Positions 53,578 to 64,000 of a stretch of DNA of 64,000 bases are shown here, piece after piece (position 1 is the stretch's first letter; every line of letters begins with the position of its first letter). The position numbers were made by a program, and so were the translations under genes. Under the pieces are notes generated by a model that saw nothing but the letters and a program-made list of their open reading frames with translations, was not told the DNA's origin and searched no databases. The DNA is from a virus (taxonomy: Duplodnaviria; Heunggongvirae; Uroviricota; Caudoviricetes), in IMG/VR virus record IMGVR_UViG_3300016674_000066. One strand, written 5' to 3'.

Positions 53578-55088
53578 GCAAGTACACCCCCGAGCAGATC
53601 GAGAAGCTCAAGAAGCTGATCCAGGATGACGAGGCTTACTGCGCGCACTGCCTGAAGGTGCTCGACAAGGCGGGCAACCTGGTTCCGTTCCTGTGGAACA
53701 AGGCTCAGAAGTTCATCCATGAGCGCCTGGAGAAGCAGCGCGAGGAGAAGGGCTACGTCAGGGCGCTGATCCTGAAGGGTCGCCAGCAGGGCTGCTCCAC
53801 TTACGTGGCTGCCAGGTACTACAAGCGCACCAGCACGAAGAAGGGTCGCCGGGCGTTCATCGTTTCGCACGAAGAGAAGTCGACGCAGAACCTCTTCGCG
53901 ATGGTGAAGCGCTACGACGACCACAACCCGCTGGCACCGAGCAAGAAGGCATCGAACGCCCAGGAGCTGATCTTTGGCCGCCTGGATGGTGGCTACAAGC
54001 TGGCGACCGCTGGCAGCCAGGACGTGGGCCGAGGCAACACCGCGCAGATGCTGCACGGCTCGGAGTTCGGCTTCTGGCAGAACGCACAGAAGCACCTGGC
54101 CGGTATCGGTAACTCGATCCCGTTGGCCGAGGGCACAGAGATCATCCTCGAGTCGACGGCAAACGGCCTGGGCAACGCCTTCCACGAGATGTGGCAGGAG
54201 GCCGAGGCTGGGCGCGGTGAGTACATCGCCATCTTCGTGCCCTGGTACTGGCAGGAGGAATACCAGCTGCCGGTGCCCGAGAACTTCGAGCTGTCGGAGC
54301 AGGACGAGAAATACATGTCGGCCTACGGGCTGACGCTGCCGCAGATGGCCTGGCGCGCGGCCAAGATCGCCGAGTACGGCAAAGGCTTCGCGTGGCTGTT
54401 TGACCAGGAATACCCGGCGACTGCAGCCATCGCCTTCCAGACGGCGACGCAGAACCCGCTGGTGAACCCGCACGACGTGATGGAGGCTGTGAACAGCACC
54501 TACCGCGAGCGCACGGGCCCGCTGCTGATCGGCTGTGACCCGGCTGAGGAGGGCGCAGACCGCACGGCGATCATCTTCCGCCAGGGTCGAACGGTGTTCC
54601 GCATCGAGTACCACGAGAAGAAGAAGCCCATGGAGGTGGCCGGCCTCCTTGCCAAGTACTGGCAGGAGCACAGGCCCGACGGCATGTTCATCGACAAGGG
54701 CGGCATCGGTGCTGGCATCGTCGATCGACTGAGAGAGCTGAGCATCCCGCACATCCCGGTCAACTTCGGTGAGCGTGCGACGGACACTGAGCTGTACGAA
54801 AACAAGCGCGCTGAGTGCTGGTGGCGAATGAAGGAGTGGATCGAAGACCACCCCAACCGCCTGCCCAGAGACTCGGCGCTGATCTCGGACCTGATCGGCC
54901 CACAGCCGATGGTGACGAGCAAGAGCAAGCGCCTCCTCGAGTCCAAGAAGGACATGAAGAAGCGCGGCATTCGCAGCCCCGACGGCGGTGACGCCCTGGC
55001 TGTGACATTCGCCGAGTTTGTGGCACCGGTGTCGACCGTCCTTGGCGCAGGCCAGGGGGCAGTTGCTCCGACCACGGCAGGCTACTAA
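53574..55088 (+). CDS. Terminase large subunit
   Basis: ATPase and nuclease architecture of about 500 aa; Walker-A-like ILKGRQQGCST; canonical gene position. Confidence 0.75.
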   Translation: MSKYTPEQIEKLKKLIQDDEAYCAHCLKVLDKAGNLVPFLWNKAQKFIHERLEKQREEKGYVRALILKGRQQGCSTYVAARYYKRTSTKKGRRAFIVSHEEKSTQNLFAMVKRYDDHNPLAPSKKASNAQELIFGRLDGGYKLATAGSQDVGRGNTAQMLHGSEFGFWQNAQKHLAGIGNSIPLAEGTEIILESTANGLGNAFHEMWQEAEAGRGEYIAIFVPWYWQEEYQLPVPENFELSEQDEKYMSAYGLTLPQMAWRAAKIAEYGKGFAWLFDQEYPATAAIAFQTATQNPLVNPHDVMEAVNSTYRERTGPLLIGCDPAEEGADRTAIIFRQGRTVFRIEYHEKKKPMEVAGLLAKYWQEHRPDGMFIDKGGIGAGIVDRLRELSIPHIPVNFGERATDTELYENKRAECWWRMKEWIEDHPNRLPRDSALISDLIGPQPMVTSKSKRLLESKKDMKKRGIRSPDGGDALAVTFAEFVAPVSTVLGAGQGAVAPTTAGY

Positions 55089-55103
55089 ACCGAGAGCAAG
55101 ACC

Positions 55104-55313
55104 ATGAAAGACGAGTACATCGAGGCCTGGACCGAGGAAGAGGACGGCAAGCAGGACGACCCCGTTGTGAGCGCCGTCAAGGCCGCGCGCCAGGCTGATG
55201 CCGATGAGTACGCCAACGCCTTCAAGAACGACGCCTTCGACAAGCCTGCGGCCGAAGAGGACGAGGACGAAGAAAAGCGCAAGAAGAAGGCTGAGCAAGG
55301 CGAGGCTGCCTGA
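55104..55313 (+). CDS. Acidic hypothetical protein (69 aa)
   Basis: ORF track. Confidence 0.4.
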   Translation: MKDEYIEAWTEEEDGKQDDPVVSAVKAARQADADEYANAFKNDAFDKPAAEEDEDEEKRKKKAEQGEAA

Positions 55314-55412
55314 TGTGGTGGCCTGTTGCAGTGTGCATCGGCGTGGCGGTTGCCGCGCTGCTCTTCTTCGAGAACTTCGAGTTTTTCATTCCCCAAGACA
55401 AGGACATGAGCG

Positions 55413-55766
55413 ATGAAGAATCCCGGTGACTTCGTGCTGACGATGATGAATGCGCGCACCGCCGCGCACATCGCCCACCTGCAGACCCAGAGCTACGCCG
55501 CCCATGTGGCGCTGGCCGGGTTCTACGAAGGCATCGTGCCGCTGATCGACTCGTTTGCCGAGGCGTACCAGGGCTGCTACGGCCTCATCAAGTTCACGGG
55601 CTCCAACTTCAAGCTGGAGAAAGACCCTGCGGTGATGCTGTCCGGCCTGAAGGACTTCATCAAGCAGGCTCGCATGGACTGCAACGAGCCCGCCCTGCAG
55701 AACATCATCGACGAGATGACCGCCCTGGTGGCCTCCACCATCTACAAGCTCAAACACCTGGCGTAA
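55413..55766 (+). CDS. Hypothetical protein (117 aa)
   Basis: ORF track. Confidence 0.45.
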   Translation: MKNPGDFVLTMMNARTAAHIAHLQTQSYAAHVALAGFYEGIVPLIDSFAEAYQGCYGLIKFTGSNFKLEKDPAVMLSGLKDFIKQARMDCNEPALQNIIDEMTALVASTIYKLKHLA

Positions 55767-55769
55767 AGC

Positions 55770-58055
55770 ATGGACCAAGACATCGAATACCAGCTCGCAG
55801 CAGAGCAAGAGCTAAGTGAACGGCCCGAGCAAACCCAGGAGCTGCACGCCCTTGGCGTCAAGCTGATTGCCGAGTTCGCCCAGGCCGAGGCCGATCGTCT
55901 GCTGACCGAGCAGCGCTGGCTGAAGGACTTGCGCCAGTACAAGGGCCAATACGACCCTGAGGTCGAGGCCGCCATCGGCAAGAACCGCTCGCGAGCCTTC
56001 CTGCGCAAGACCCGGGTGAAGGTCAAGACGGCAGACAGCCGCGTCATGGACCTGCTCTTCCCGGCTGGCACCGAAAAGAACTGGGACATCGATTCCACTC
56101 CGGTGCCATCGCTGCCCGACGAGATCAAGCAGCAGGTGCTCGAGACGCTGATGCGCGTCACCAATGGCCAGCAGCCACCCAAGGAGGTGGTCGACAAGGC
56201 CATGCTGGGTGTGGCCAAGCAGCGCGCCAAGGCCATGGCCAAGGTCGTCGAAGACCAGCTGGCAGAGGTGCGCTACCGCCAGGTTGCCAAGGATGTCGTC
56301 CACAGCGGTCACCTGTACGGCACCGGCGTGCTCAAGGGCCCGCTGATCGAGCGCAAGGTGCGGGTCAAGTTCGTGAAGGAGGGCAACCGCTGGGTGCCGA
56401 AGAATGAAGAGTACGTGGTGCCCTTCATCGACTTTGTGCCGGTGTGGCGCTTCTACCCGGACATGAACGCGGCCAGCCTGGAGCAGTGCCAGTACATCTA
56501 CGAGCGCCACCAGATGACGCGCTTCGAGCTGGCCAACCTTGCCAACCGCAAGAGCTTCGACCGCACCAAGATCATCGACTACCTGAAGGCCAACCCCAAC
56601 GGGTTCCTGAAGCTGCGCTACTTCGACAACGAGCTGAAGGTCATCGGCGACCGCACAGCCAACCAGGGCAAGACCGGCCAGCAATACGAGGTGTTCGAGC
56701 GCTGGGGCTACCTCAACGGCGAGCAGCTCAAGGAGGTGGGCGTCAACATCCCCGATGACCGCATGCACGAGAGCTTCTTCTCGAACGTGTGGCTCCTGCC
56801 TGATGGCACGGTGATCAAGGCCGCCCTGCAGCCCATCAACGGCGTGACCTGGCCGTACCACCTGTACTACTTCGACAAGGACGAGACCTCGATCTTTGGC
56901 GAGGGCCTGCCGATGATCATGCGCGACGACCAGACGATGCTGAACGCTGGCATTCGCATGATGCTGGACAACGCGGCCATGACGGCTGGCGGCATGTATG
57001 AGGTCAACCCGCACCTGCTGCACCCGCTGACCAAGCACGACGAGATCTTCCCGCACAAGATCTGGCTGCGAAACCAGACCAACCCGGGCTCGCCTGCTGT
57101 CAGCGCCATCCAGTTGCCCAACGGCCTGAACACGTTGATGCCTCTGCACAACCTGTTCGAGAACAACGCCGACGAGGTGAGCGCCATCCCGCGCTACATG
57201 ACAGGCGAGAACGCCACCCAGGGCGCTGCGGGCACCAGCTCCGGCCTGTCCATGCTGATGGGTGCGGTGAACATCGTCATCAAGGACTTGATCACCAACT
57301 GGGATGAGGGCATCACCCGCCCGTTCGTGACCGGCCTGTACCGCTGGAACATGCAGTTCAACCGCGACGACAACATCAAGGGCGACTTCGATGTGAAGGC
57401 GCGCGGCACGGCCTCCCTGATCGCCAAGGAAGTGCGGGCACGCCAGCTCAACGAGTTCGGCGCCCTGACGGCCAACCCGCTGGATGCGCCCTTCATCAAC
57501 CGCCACCGCCTCAACCTGCTGCGCGCCGAAGCCAACGAGCTGTCCGACGTGGTCAGGAGCGAGGAGGAGGTGCAGGCCGAGATGCAGAGCGAGCAGGCGA
57601 AGCAGCAGCAAGAGCTGGCCATGCGTACACAGATGGCCCAGCTGGCAGAGCTCGAGGGCAAGGCCCGGGCCGCTGCGGCAGAAGCCAAGCTGCGCGAGGT
57701 CAAGGCGGGCGAGGTGCTGGCCAACATCGACCTCATCGTGGCCAAGGCCGTGAGCACCAAGGTCGAGGGCATCTACGCCGCGCTGCAGGCTGCTGGCGTG
57801 GCTGTCACGCAGCCCATGATTGCTCCGGCTGGAGACGAATTGCTGCGCAGCGCGGGCTTCAAGGATGCCACTCCGACGCCCTCCATAGCACAGATTCTTG
57901 GCCAGGATGTGCAGGTCATGGGCGCACAAGGACAAGAAGTTGCACCACTGCAACAAAATGTGGATAAAATTGCACCGCAACCCCAACAGCTTCAAGCTCA
58001 GACTGGGATGAGCGGTGTTAGATCAGGTATCGAGACGCCGGAGCTTGGAGAATGA
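55770..58055 (+). CDS. Portal protein
   Basis: 761 aa, lying immediately downstream of the terminase genes. Confidence 0.6.
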   Translation: MDQDIEYQLAAEQELSERPEQTQELHALGVKLIAEFAQAEADRLLTEQRWLKDLRQYKGQYDPEVEAAIGKNRSRAFLRKTRVKVKTADSRVMDLLFPAGTEKNWDIDSTPVPSLPDEIKQQVLETLMRVTNGQQPPKEVVDKAMLGVAKQRAKAMAKVVEDQLAEVRYRQVAKDVVHSGHLYGTGVLKGPLIERKVRVKFVKEGNRWVPKNEEYVVPFIDFVPVWRFYPDMNAASLEQCQYIYERHQMTRFELANLANRKSFDRTKIIDYLKANPNGFLKLRYFDNELKVIGDRTANQGKTGQQYEVFERWGYLNGEQLKEVGVNIPDDRMHESFFSNVWLLPDGTVIKAALQPINGVTWPYHLYYFDKDETSIFGEGLPMIMRDDQTMLNAGIRMMLDNAAMTAGGMYEVNPHLLHPLTKHDEIFPHKIWLRNQTNPGSPAVSAIQLPNGLNTLMPLHNLFENNADEVSAIPRYMTGENATQGAAGTSSGLSMLMGAVNIVIKDLITNWDEGITRPFVTGLYRWNMQFNRDDNIKGDFDVKARGTASLIAKEVRARQLNEFGALTANPLDAPFINRHRLNLLRAEANELSDVVRSEEEVQAEMQSEQAKQQQELAMRTQMAQLAELEGKARAAAAEAKLREVKAGEVLANIDLIVAKAVSTKVEGIYAALQAAGVAVTQPMIAPAGDELLRSAGFKDATPTPSIAQILGQDVQVMGAQGQEVAPLQQNVDKIAPQPQQLQAQTGMSGVRSGIETPELGE

Positions 58056-58300
58056 ATCAAGTCCTCGACATCAACGCTGGCAAGGCCGCCGATGCTTTGG
58101 TTGAGTTGAGGGCCTACGCGGGCACCGAGCCTGTGAAGTCACTCATCCGACTGCTCGACGCACTCGAGTCGCAATACAAGACCGACCTCGAGAACGTCAC
58201 CGTAGACCAACTAATCCCGCTTCAGACCGCGCTGCGCCAGGTTTCAGCCTTGCGCCGCTCCGTCATGTCCGAAGCGTTCATCGACTGCAAGATTCTCTGA
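58052..58300 (+). CDS. Hypothetical protein (82 aa)
   Basis: ATGA-type overlap. Confidence 0.4.
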   Translation: MNQVLDINAGKAADALVELRAYAGTEPVKSLIRLLDALESQYKTDLENVTVDQLIPLQTALRQVSALRRSVMSEAFIDCKIL

Positions 58301-58410
58301 CCGAGACCCCCGGGCCTCGAGCTGCAAACCAGGTGTTGGCGGCAGGGGCAAGGGACAGTTCAAGGCCGGTTCGCGCCGGCAACAACGAAGCCGGTGAAAG
58401 GACCGCAAAC

Positions 58411-59415
58411 ATGATCACTGAAGAGCAACGCCGCGAAGACGAAGCTGCATACGCTGCTGCGTTTGGCGAAGAGATGGCGCCCACGACCACTGAGGACGAT
58501 TCTTTCGGCCTCGATCCCAAGGAAGAGATTGCCGCCTCTGCTGATGGCGCAGCTGCAGACAATGCCGCTGACGCCCCGGCTGGTGACTCCGAAACCCTGG
58601 CTGTGGCCGTGGTGGACGAGGGCGAGATCGATCGCGCAGCTGAACAAAAGGTTGCAGACGCAACCACTACCACTGCCGACGAAGAACAAGATCAGCCGAC
58701 TGATCCTAAGGAGATCCAGCGCCAGAAGAGCTGGGAAGGCCGACTGCGTGCCCGCGAGGAAGAGCTGGCCCGCCGCGAAGCTGAGCTCAAGGCTATGATG
58801 GAAGGCAAGGGCAAGACCTCTGCCGAGGCTGGTGATGGTGCCCCCAATGAGGATGCCATGCAGCAGGCTGCAGAGCAGCTCGAGGCTGAAGGCAACACCG
58901 AGGGCGCTGAAGCCGTCGAGGAAGTGGCCGAGCGCGTCGAGAGTGGCGAGCTCACTCCCCAGCAGGCCATGGAAATCCTGGCCGAGGACTTCGGCCCCGA
59001 GTTCGTGAAGATGATCCAGGTCATCGCCGTGTCCCAGGCTGAAGGCGCCGCGAAAAACGCGATCGGCAAGGTGGAGCGGTCGGTGGATGGCTTGATCGCC
59101 TCCATCACCGACGACCGCGCACGCAGTCACTTCGAGACCATCGCCGACGCGCACCCCGACTTCAACGACCTGGCCTCGAGCCCCGAGTTCGCCGAGTTCG
59201 CCAAGAACTACCCTGATGGTGATCGCATCACCCAGGCTGGCACGGCGCGCGAGATCGTGAAGATGCTGAACAAGTACAAGGAAGGCCTCAAGCCTGCGCA
59301 GAACGAGCCCGACCCCGCACTCGATGCGGCTGAAGGCGTGCGCTCCGCTGGCCTGCGTCTGCCCGAGACCCCGGTGAAAGCTGACGGTTACGAGGACGCC
59401 TGGAGTCAGTTCTAA
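58411..59415 (+). CDS. Scaffolding protein (acidic, coiled-coil)
   Basis: E/A/D-rich composition and position between the portal and major capsid genes. Confidence 0.55.
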   Translation: MITEEQRREDEAAYAAAFGEEMAPTTTEDDSFGLDPKEEIAASADGAAADNAADAPAGDSETLAVAVVDEGEIDRAAEQKVADATTTTADEEQDQPTDPKEIQRQKSWEGRLRAREEELARREAELKAMMEGKGKTSAEAGDGAPNEDAMQQAAEQLEAEGNTEGAEAVEEVAERVESGELTPQQAMEILAEDFGPEFVKMIQVIAVSQAEGAAKNAIGKVERSVDGLIASITDDRARSHFETIADAHPDFNDLASSPEFAEFAKNYPDGDRITQAGTAREIVKMLNKYKEGLKPAQNEPDPALDAAEGVRSAGLRLPETPVKADGYEDAWSQF

Positions 59416-59651
59416 CCGAATCTGCTAAGGCAGCCCATCTGCCTCACAGCCGGCGTTGCTAGGTGCGCCGGATACCAATCACCAAGCAACTGGAGCACGA
59501 CTAAGCAGTCGCGCACGACGCGAACCGGGACACCCCTCACGGGCCCCAGCATGGTTCACATGTGTCTGCACACGGCAAAGCGATGTCAGAAGCTTCTTTC
59601 CGATGGCTGTGAAAACAGCAACCAACTGCCATTACGAAAGGAAACATTGAT

Positions 59652-60632
59652 ATGGCAACGACCTACGGCGATATTTCGCCCCGTACCGCCGCGTACGCAG
59701 AAAAAGAACTGCTGAAGCGCGGCCTCCCGTTCCTGGTGCTCGAGAAGTTCGGTCAGGCTAAGCCCCTGCCCGAGAACTCCACCAAGGTGATGAAGTTCCG
59801 TCGCTACAACGCGCTGCCCAACACGCCCCAGGCCCTGACCGAAGGCGTGACCCCTGCTGGCCAGAGCCTGACCGTGACCGACGTTACGGCCACCCTGACC
59901 CAGTACGGCGACAAGGTGACGATCACCGACGTGATCCTGGACACCCACGAAGACCAGACTCTGAACGAGGCTGTGGCTCTGCTGGGTGAACAGGCTGCGC
60001 AGATGATCGAGAAGATGCGCTTCGGCGTGCTGAAGGCTGGCACCAACGTGCTGTACGCCAACGGTGCTGCTCGCAACGCGGTGAACACTCCGATCACCAT
60101 CACCCTGCAGCGTCGTGCTGTGCGCGCCCTGAAGCGCCAGAACGCCCGCTTCATCACCAGCGTGATCCGCTCCACCCCGAGCTTCGGCACCGAGAACGTG
60201 GCCCCTGGCTTCGTGGCGCTGATCCACCCGGACCTGGAAGCCGATGTGCGCGGCCTGACCGGCTTCGTCCCCGCCGAAAAGTACGGCTCGATGACCCCCT
60301 GGGAAAACGAGCTGGGCAAGTGCGAGGACGTGCGTTACGTCAGTTCCACCATCTTCGAGCCCTGGGCCGATGCTGGTGGCGCGAAGGGCACCATGCTGTC
60401 CACGACCGGCACCAACGCCGACGTGTACCCGGTGCTGTTCGTGGCGCGTGACGCCTACGCGATCGTGGCGCTGAAGGGCATGTTTGCTCTGACGCCCATG
60501 GTGGTGAACCCCAAGCCGTCCGACAGCGACCCGCTGGCTCAGCGTGGTCACGTCGGCTGGAAGGCCATGCAGACCTGCGTCATCCTGAACGACGCCTGGA
60601 TGGTTCGCGGCGAGGTGGCTGCAACCGCCTGA
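59652..60632 (+). CDS. Major capsid protein
   Basis: 326 aa; strong RBS; position after the scaffold gene; capsid-like composition. Confidence 0.7.
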   Translation: MATTYGDISPRTAAYAEKELLKRGLPFLVLEKFGQAKPLPENSTKVMKFRRYNALPNTPQALTEGVTPAGQSLTVTDVTATLTQYGDKVTITDVILDTHEDQTLNEAVALLGEQAAQMIEKMRFGVLKAGTNVLYANGAARNAVNTPITITLQRRAVRALKRQNARFITSVIRSTPSFGTENVAPGFVALIHPDLEADVRGLTGFVPAEKYGSMTPWENELGKCEDVRYVSSTIFEPWADAGGAKGTMLSTTGTNADVYPVLFVARDAYAIVALKGMFALTPMVVNPKPSDSDPLAQRGHVGWKAMQTCVILNDAWMVRGEVAATA

Positions 60633-60740
60633 TCGGGCATGACCCAGTAATGGGTCTGTGAGTAAAGGGGCTGCCTTCGGGTGGCCCCTTTCGCATTTCT
60701 TGGGTGCGCAATCCCAAGTGCTTCCTGTGAGGACATAGCA

Positions 60741-61097
60741 ATGAGCGACTCCAAAGTCACGACCCTGGATGACGGCGCCGAAAACACCGGCACCGCACCC
60801 GCAACCACTCAAGCCGCGAAGACGACCGCAGCCAAGGGTGGCAACAAGAGCGCCGCAGCCAAAGAGGCCGGCATCAGCGACACGCGCAAGAGCATCACGA
60901 TTCACCAGGGCGAAGGCGCCGCTGGCCGTGACGACGTCGATGTGTTCGTCAACGGCTACGCATTCCGCATCAAGCGCGGCAAGCCGGTGGACGTGCCCGT
61001 CGAAGTGGTCGAGGTGCTGAAGAACGCCGTGACCACGCAGTACGAAGGTGGCGAAGCCATCGAAGTGCCGCGCTTCGCATTCACCGTTCACAACTGA
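60741..61097 (+). CDS. Hypothetical head-associated protein
   Basis: ORF track, internal ATG. Confidence 0.45.
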   Translation: MSDSKVTTLDDGAENTGTAPATTQAAKTTAAKGGNKSAAAKEAGISDTRKSITIHQGEGAAGRDDVDVFVNGYAFRIKRGKPVDVPVEVVEVLKNAVTTQYEGGEAIEVPRFAFTVHN

Positions 61098-61115
61098 TAG
61101 CCAGGGCGGCCTGAC

Positions 61116-61751
61116 GTGAAACTCAGAGAATTCCATCGGTTCATCATGCCGGAGGTTGTCGGCTGCCCTGAGCCCTTGCTTGACCAGGCCTTGCTGCAGA
61201 CGGCCTACGACTTCTGCGACCAGTCTGGTGTGTGGGACGAGATCCAAGACCCACAGACCATCAAGGCTGGTGTGGCGGACTACGACATCGAGCGCCCGAG
61301 CGAGGGCATCATGCTGCGCGTGCGCGAGGTGTGGGTCGACGATCGTGCCATCACGTTCCAGCCGATCCGCGAAGTCAACCACATGTCGAAGAGTGGCGGC
61401 ACGCCGGTCTACTACAACGCGGCCGCAGACCGTTCGCAAGTCCGGCTGTTCCCGACGCCAAGCACCACTGGCTCCAAGCTGAAGGTCCGTGCCGTCTATG
61501 CCCCGAGCATGGCGGCAACGAACCTGCCTGACTTCCTGTTCCACCGGTACATCGACGGCATCGCCTCCGGCACCAAAGCCAAGCTGATGGCGACGGCGGG
61601 CCCAGGCATAACCTGGTCCAACCCGCAAATGGCTGTGATCTACATGCAGCGGTTCAACGAGGTGCTGGTGAATGCCCGCATCGAGAGCTTGCACGAGAAC
61701 GTGGAGGGCTCCCTTCAGGCTGCCCCGAGACCTTTCCACGTCAGGAGATAA
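61116..61751 (+). CDS. Hypothetical structural protein (GTG start)
   Basis: ORF track. Confidence 0.45.
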   Translation: MKLREFHRFIMPEVVGCPEPLLDQALLQTAYDFCDQSGVWDEIQDPQTIKAGVADYDIERPSEGIMLRVREVWVDDRAITFQPIREVNHMSKSGGTPVYYNAAADRSQVRLFPTPSTTGSKLKVRAVYAPSMAATNLPDFLFHRYIDGIASGTKAKLMATAGPGITWSNPQMAVIYMQRFNEVLVNARIESLHENVEGSLQAAPRPFHVRR

Positions 61752-61754
61752 CCG

Positions 61755-62405
61755 ATGGTCGCAGCCCAGGACATCATCAAGAAGGCGCACACCGCGCTGC
61801 AAGACGAGGATGGCACTCGCTGGCCAGCGCATGAGCTAGTGGCCTACCTCAACATGGGTCAGCGCCAGATCATCATCGATCGGCCCGACCAGAAGTGCGA
61901 GACCACAGAATTCGCGCTGGCCGCAGGCGTCAAGCAGATCATCCCCGCCGCCGCGATGGCGCTGATGGATGTGCCCAACAACTCCACTGGCCGCATGCGT
62001 CGCATCACCAAGATCGACGTCGTCCAGCTGGATGCAGTGCTGCCCGAGTGGCGCAGCAAGGCCCAGGCGAGCGAGATTGTGCATTTCATGCACGACCTGC
62101 GTGAGCCCAAAGTTTTCCGCGTCTACCCGCCCGCCATCGCTGGCACGAAGGTCGACGTCACCTACTCCCTCTATCCGGTCGACGTACCGATCCCCAGCGG
62201 CCAGGCCGCAAGCAGCGTGACGGGGAGCATCGATCTGGATGACATGTGGGAGTCGGCCCTGCTGAACTACGTTCTGCACAAGGCCTACTCAAAGGACGCC
62301 GAGTTCGGCGGAAATTCTCAGTTGGCCGCTGGCTACCTGGGACTCTTCAACGCGGCCGTCGGGTCGCAACTCCAATCCACCGCAACGGTGGCACCTCAGA
62401 CCTGA
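61755..62405 (+). CDS. Hypothetical structural protein
   Basis: ORF track. Confidence 0.5.
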   Translation: MVAAQDIIKKAHTALQDEDGTRWPAHELVAYLNMGQRQIIIDRPDQKCETTEFALAAGVKQIIPAAAMALMDVPNNSTGRMRRITKIDVVQLDAVLPEWRSKAQASEIVHFMHDLREPKVFRVYPPAIAGTKVDVTYSLYPVDVPIPSGQAASSVTGSIDLDDMWESALLNYVLHKAYSKDAEFGGNSQLAAGYLGLFNAAVGSQLQSTATVAPQT

Positions 62406-62417
62406 TAGGAAACTAGC

Positions 62418-62840
62418 ATGGCAGCCTTCAACAAGTTCCAAATCTTTACCCGCGACCTGGCCGCTGGGGTGCATAACTTCACGACGCACACCCTCAAGGC
62501 GGCCTTCACCAACACCGCTCCGGTCGACACCAACCAGACGCTGTCCAACATCACGCAGATCGCGGCCAGTGGTGGCTACGTTGCGGGTGGCGTGACGCTG
62601 GATGGCGTGTCGCTGACCACCACGGGGGGTGTGGCGAAGCTGACCATCAACGACGAGGTGTTCACCGCCACCGGCGCCGTGGGCCCCTTCCGTTACGTCG
62701 TGCTCTACAACGACACGCCGACCTCGCCCGTGGACCCGCTGATCGGCTGGTACGACTACGGCCAGAGCATCACGCTCAACACCGACGAATCGCTGACCAT
62801 CGACTTCGATGGCACCAACGGCGTGCTGACCATCACCTAA
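62418..62840 (+). CDS. Hypothetical structural protein (140 aa)
   Basis: ORF track. Confidence 0.5.
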   Translation: MAAFNKFQIFTRDLAAGVHNFTTHTLKAAFTNTAPVDTNQTLSNITQIAASGGYVAGGVTLDGVSLTTTGGVAKLTINDEVFTATGAVGPFRYVVLYNDTPTSPVDPLIGWYDYGQSITLNTDESLTIDFDGTNGVLTIT

Positions 62841-62850
62841 TAGGTGCTGC

Positions 62851-63480
62851 GTGCCCATCATCAAGTACTCAGATGTAGGCCGCCCCCTCACGATCTCTGA
62901 GGGGGATGAGAACTTCGGCGAGCTCGATGCACGCACACGCCTTGGTTGGCGCGACAACATCGTGCCGTTCGACGTCGAGGCCGGCAACCCGAACTCGCCT
63001 GTGCTGAACGTGTTCCGAGGGAACATCAAGCGGTACACGTTCTTCGCTGGCCAGATGACCGAGGCGAGCGCCGTGTGGCACGTCGACCACGACTATGCGC
63101 TGGGCACCAAGCTGTACCCGCATGTGCATTGGTCTGTCGTCGGCAATGCGCTGGGTACGGTGCGCTGGGGCTTCGAGATCACCGTGGCCCGTGGCCACCA
63201 GCAGGAGGCCTTCGGCGCGCCGTTCACGGTGTACGTCGAGCAGTCCAGCCTGGGCGTGAGCTACATGCACTACGTGGCCGAGGTGAGCGAAGCCAACGCA
63301 ATCGACGGAGCCCTGCTCAACATCGAGCCGGACACCCTGATCATGGCCCGCTGCTTCCGAGACGGAGCACACCCGAATGACACACTGGACGCAGACGTTT
63401 TCGGTCTGTGTCTTGACCTTCACTACCAGGCCGACAAGGCGACCACGCTCAACAAGGCTCCCAACTTCTTTGGGGCCTGA
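62851..63480 (+). CDS. Hypothetical structural protein (GTG start)
   Basis: ORF track. Confidence 0.45.
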   Translation: MPIIKYSDVGRPLTISEGDENFGELDARTRLGWRDNIVPFDVEAGNPNSPVLNVFRGNIKRYTFFAGQMTEASAVWHVDHDYALGTKLYPHVHWSVVGNALGTVRWGFEITVARGHQQEAFGAPFTVYVEQSSLGVSYMHYVAEVSEANAIDGALLNIEPDTLIMARCFRDGAHPNDTLDADVFGLCLDLHYQADKATTLNKAPNFFGA

Positions 63481-63482
63481 TC

Positions 63483-64000
63483 GTGGCAATTCAGTACATC
63501 TCTGGGGGCGCGGCGGCAGCTGGTGCTGCAGCGCTCACAGTCTCCCTGCCGACTACGCGGGCAAACGATGACCTGCTGCTGTTGCTGGTTGAGACCGCCA
63601 ACCAGGCAGTCACCACGCCGACTGGCTGGTCGATCGTTGCTGGAACCCCTCAAGGTGTAGGTACTGCGGCGGCAACGACCGCCACGCGCATCAGCCTGTT
63701 CTACCGCTTCGTGGATGGGTCGGAGACAAACCCATCGATCGCGGACTCGGGCGATCACCAGATTGCGCAGATCATCTGCTATCGAGGCGTTGACCCGGTC
63801 AATCCGTTCAACGCGAGCGCCGGCAGCGTCAAGAGCACGGCCAGCACGACGGCGACGTTCCCTGGCATCACCACGACCAAGGACAACTGCCTGGTGCTGC
63901 TGGCCGAGGCGCACGCGCTGCCCGACAGCAACAGCACGGCGATTGCCGGCACGCGCAGCGGGTCGAACCTGACCGGCCTGGTTGAGCGGCTGGACAACAA
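63483..64000 (+). CDS. Hypothetical structural protein, 3'-partial (runs off the window)
   Basis: Open frame from the GTG at 63483 to the window end, with high GC3. Confidence 0.4.
   Translation, partial: MAIQYISGGAAAAGAAALTVSLPTTRANDDLLLLLVETANQAVTTPTGWSIVAGTPQGVGTAAATTATRISLFYRFVDGSETNPSIADSGDHQIAQIICYRGVDPVNPFNASAGSVKSTASTTATFPGITTTKDNCLVLLAEAHALPDSNSTAIAGTRSGSNLTGLVERLDN

Overview
The window is a high-GC (about 62%) temperate-phage or prophage region with lambda-like modular organisation, probably from a betaproteobacterial host. From left to right it contains the following blocks.

(1) Positions 1-13604: two giant + strand genes of more than 2346 aa and 2173 aa, the first running off the 5' edge of the window. 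They have the architecture of phage 'polyvalent' virion proteins: an inorganic-pyrophosphatase-like domain, an HExxH zincin domain, a Nudix domain, PARP-like ADP-ribosyltransferase (ART) domains in both proteins, and repeated DIKRSxxR linkers.

(2) Positions 13.9-24.1 kb: a leftward early operon encoding RdgC, a MazG-like NTP pyrophosphatase, a lipoprotein with an SPFH domain (the stomatin/prohibitin/flotillin/HflK-C membrane-scaffold family) plus a small membrane partner, SSB, a YqaJ exonuclease, a RecT recombinase and an HTH regulator.

(3) Positions 24.2-25.8 kb: a 1.6-kb stretch with no coding potential. It carries two tRNA genes (Arg-TCT and Gln-TTG) and repeated, highly structured RNA-like modules showing compensatory base changes. 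It is flanked by divergent sigma70 promoters (P_L and P_R) with CAAC-N5-GTTG operator palindromes.

(4) Positions 26.1-31.0 kb: a rightward replication/nin-like block with a wHTH protein, a DnaC/IstB-like loader, HU, an HslV-like peptidase, an HNH-like protein and a zinc-finger protein that could be Q-like.

(5) Positions 31.0-34.2 kb: a leftward block with an Rha/KilAC antirepressor and an Ea22-like protein.

(6) Positions 34.9-49.1 kb: five tandem rightward cassettes, each headed by a nearly identical terminator-promoter-operator module of about 70 bp. The cassettes encode mostly small unknown proteins, plus a truncated beta-clamp-like protein, ThyA, a glutaredoxin and several HTH proteins.

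(7) Positions 49.2-64.0 kb: a late region. It begins with a promoter, a 370-nt leader, a terminator, tRNA-Asn and a second terminator. These are followed by a pinholin, a SAR endolysin, embedded Rz/Rz1 spanins, TerS, TerL, portal, scaffold and major capsid genes, and the start of the tail genes.

No integrase, att site or CRISPR array is visible in the window.
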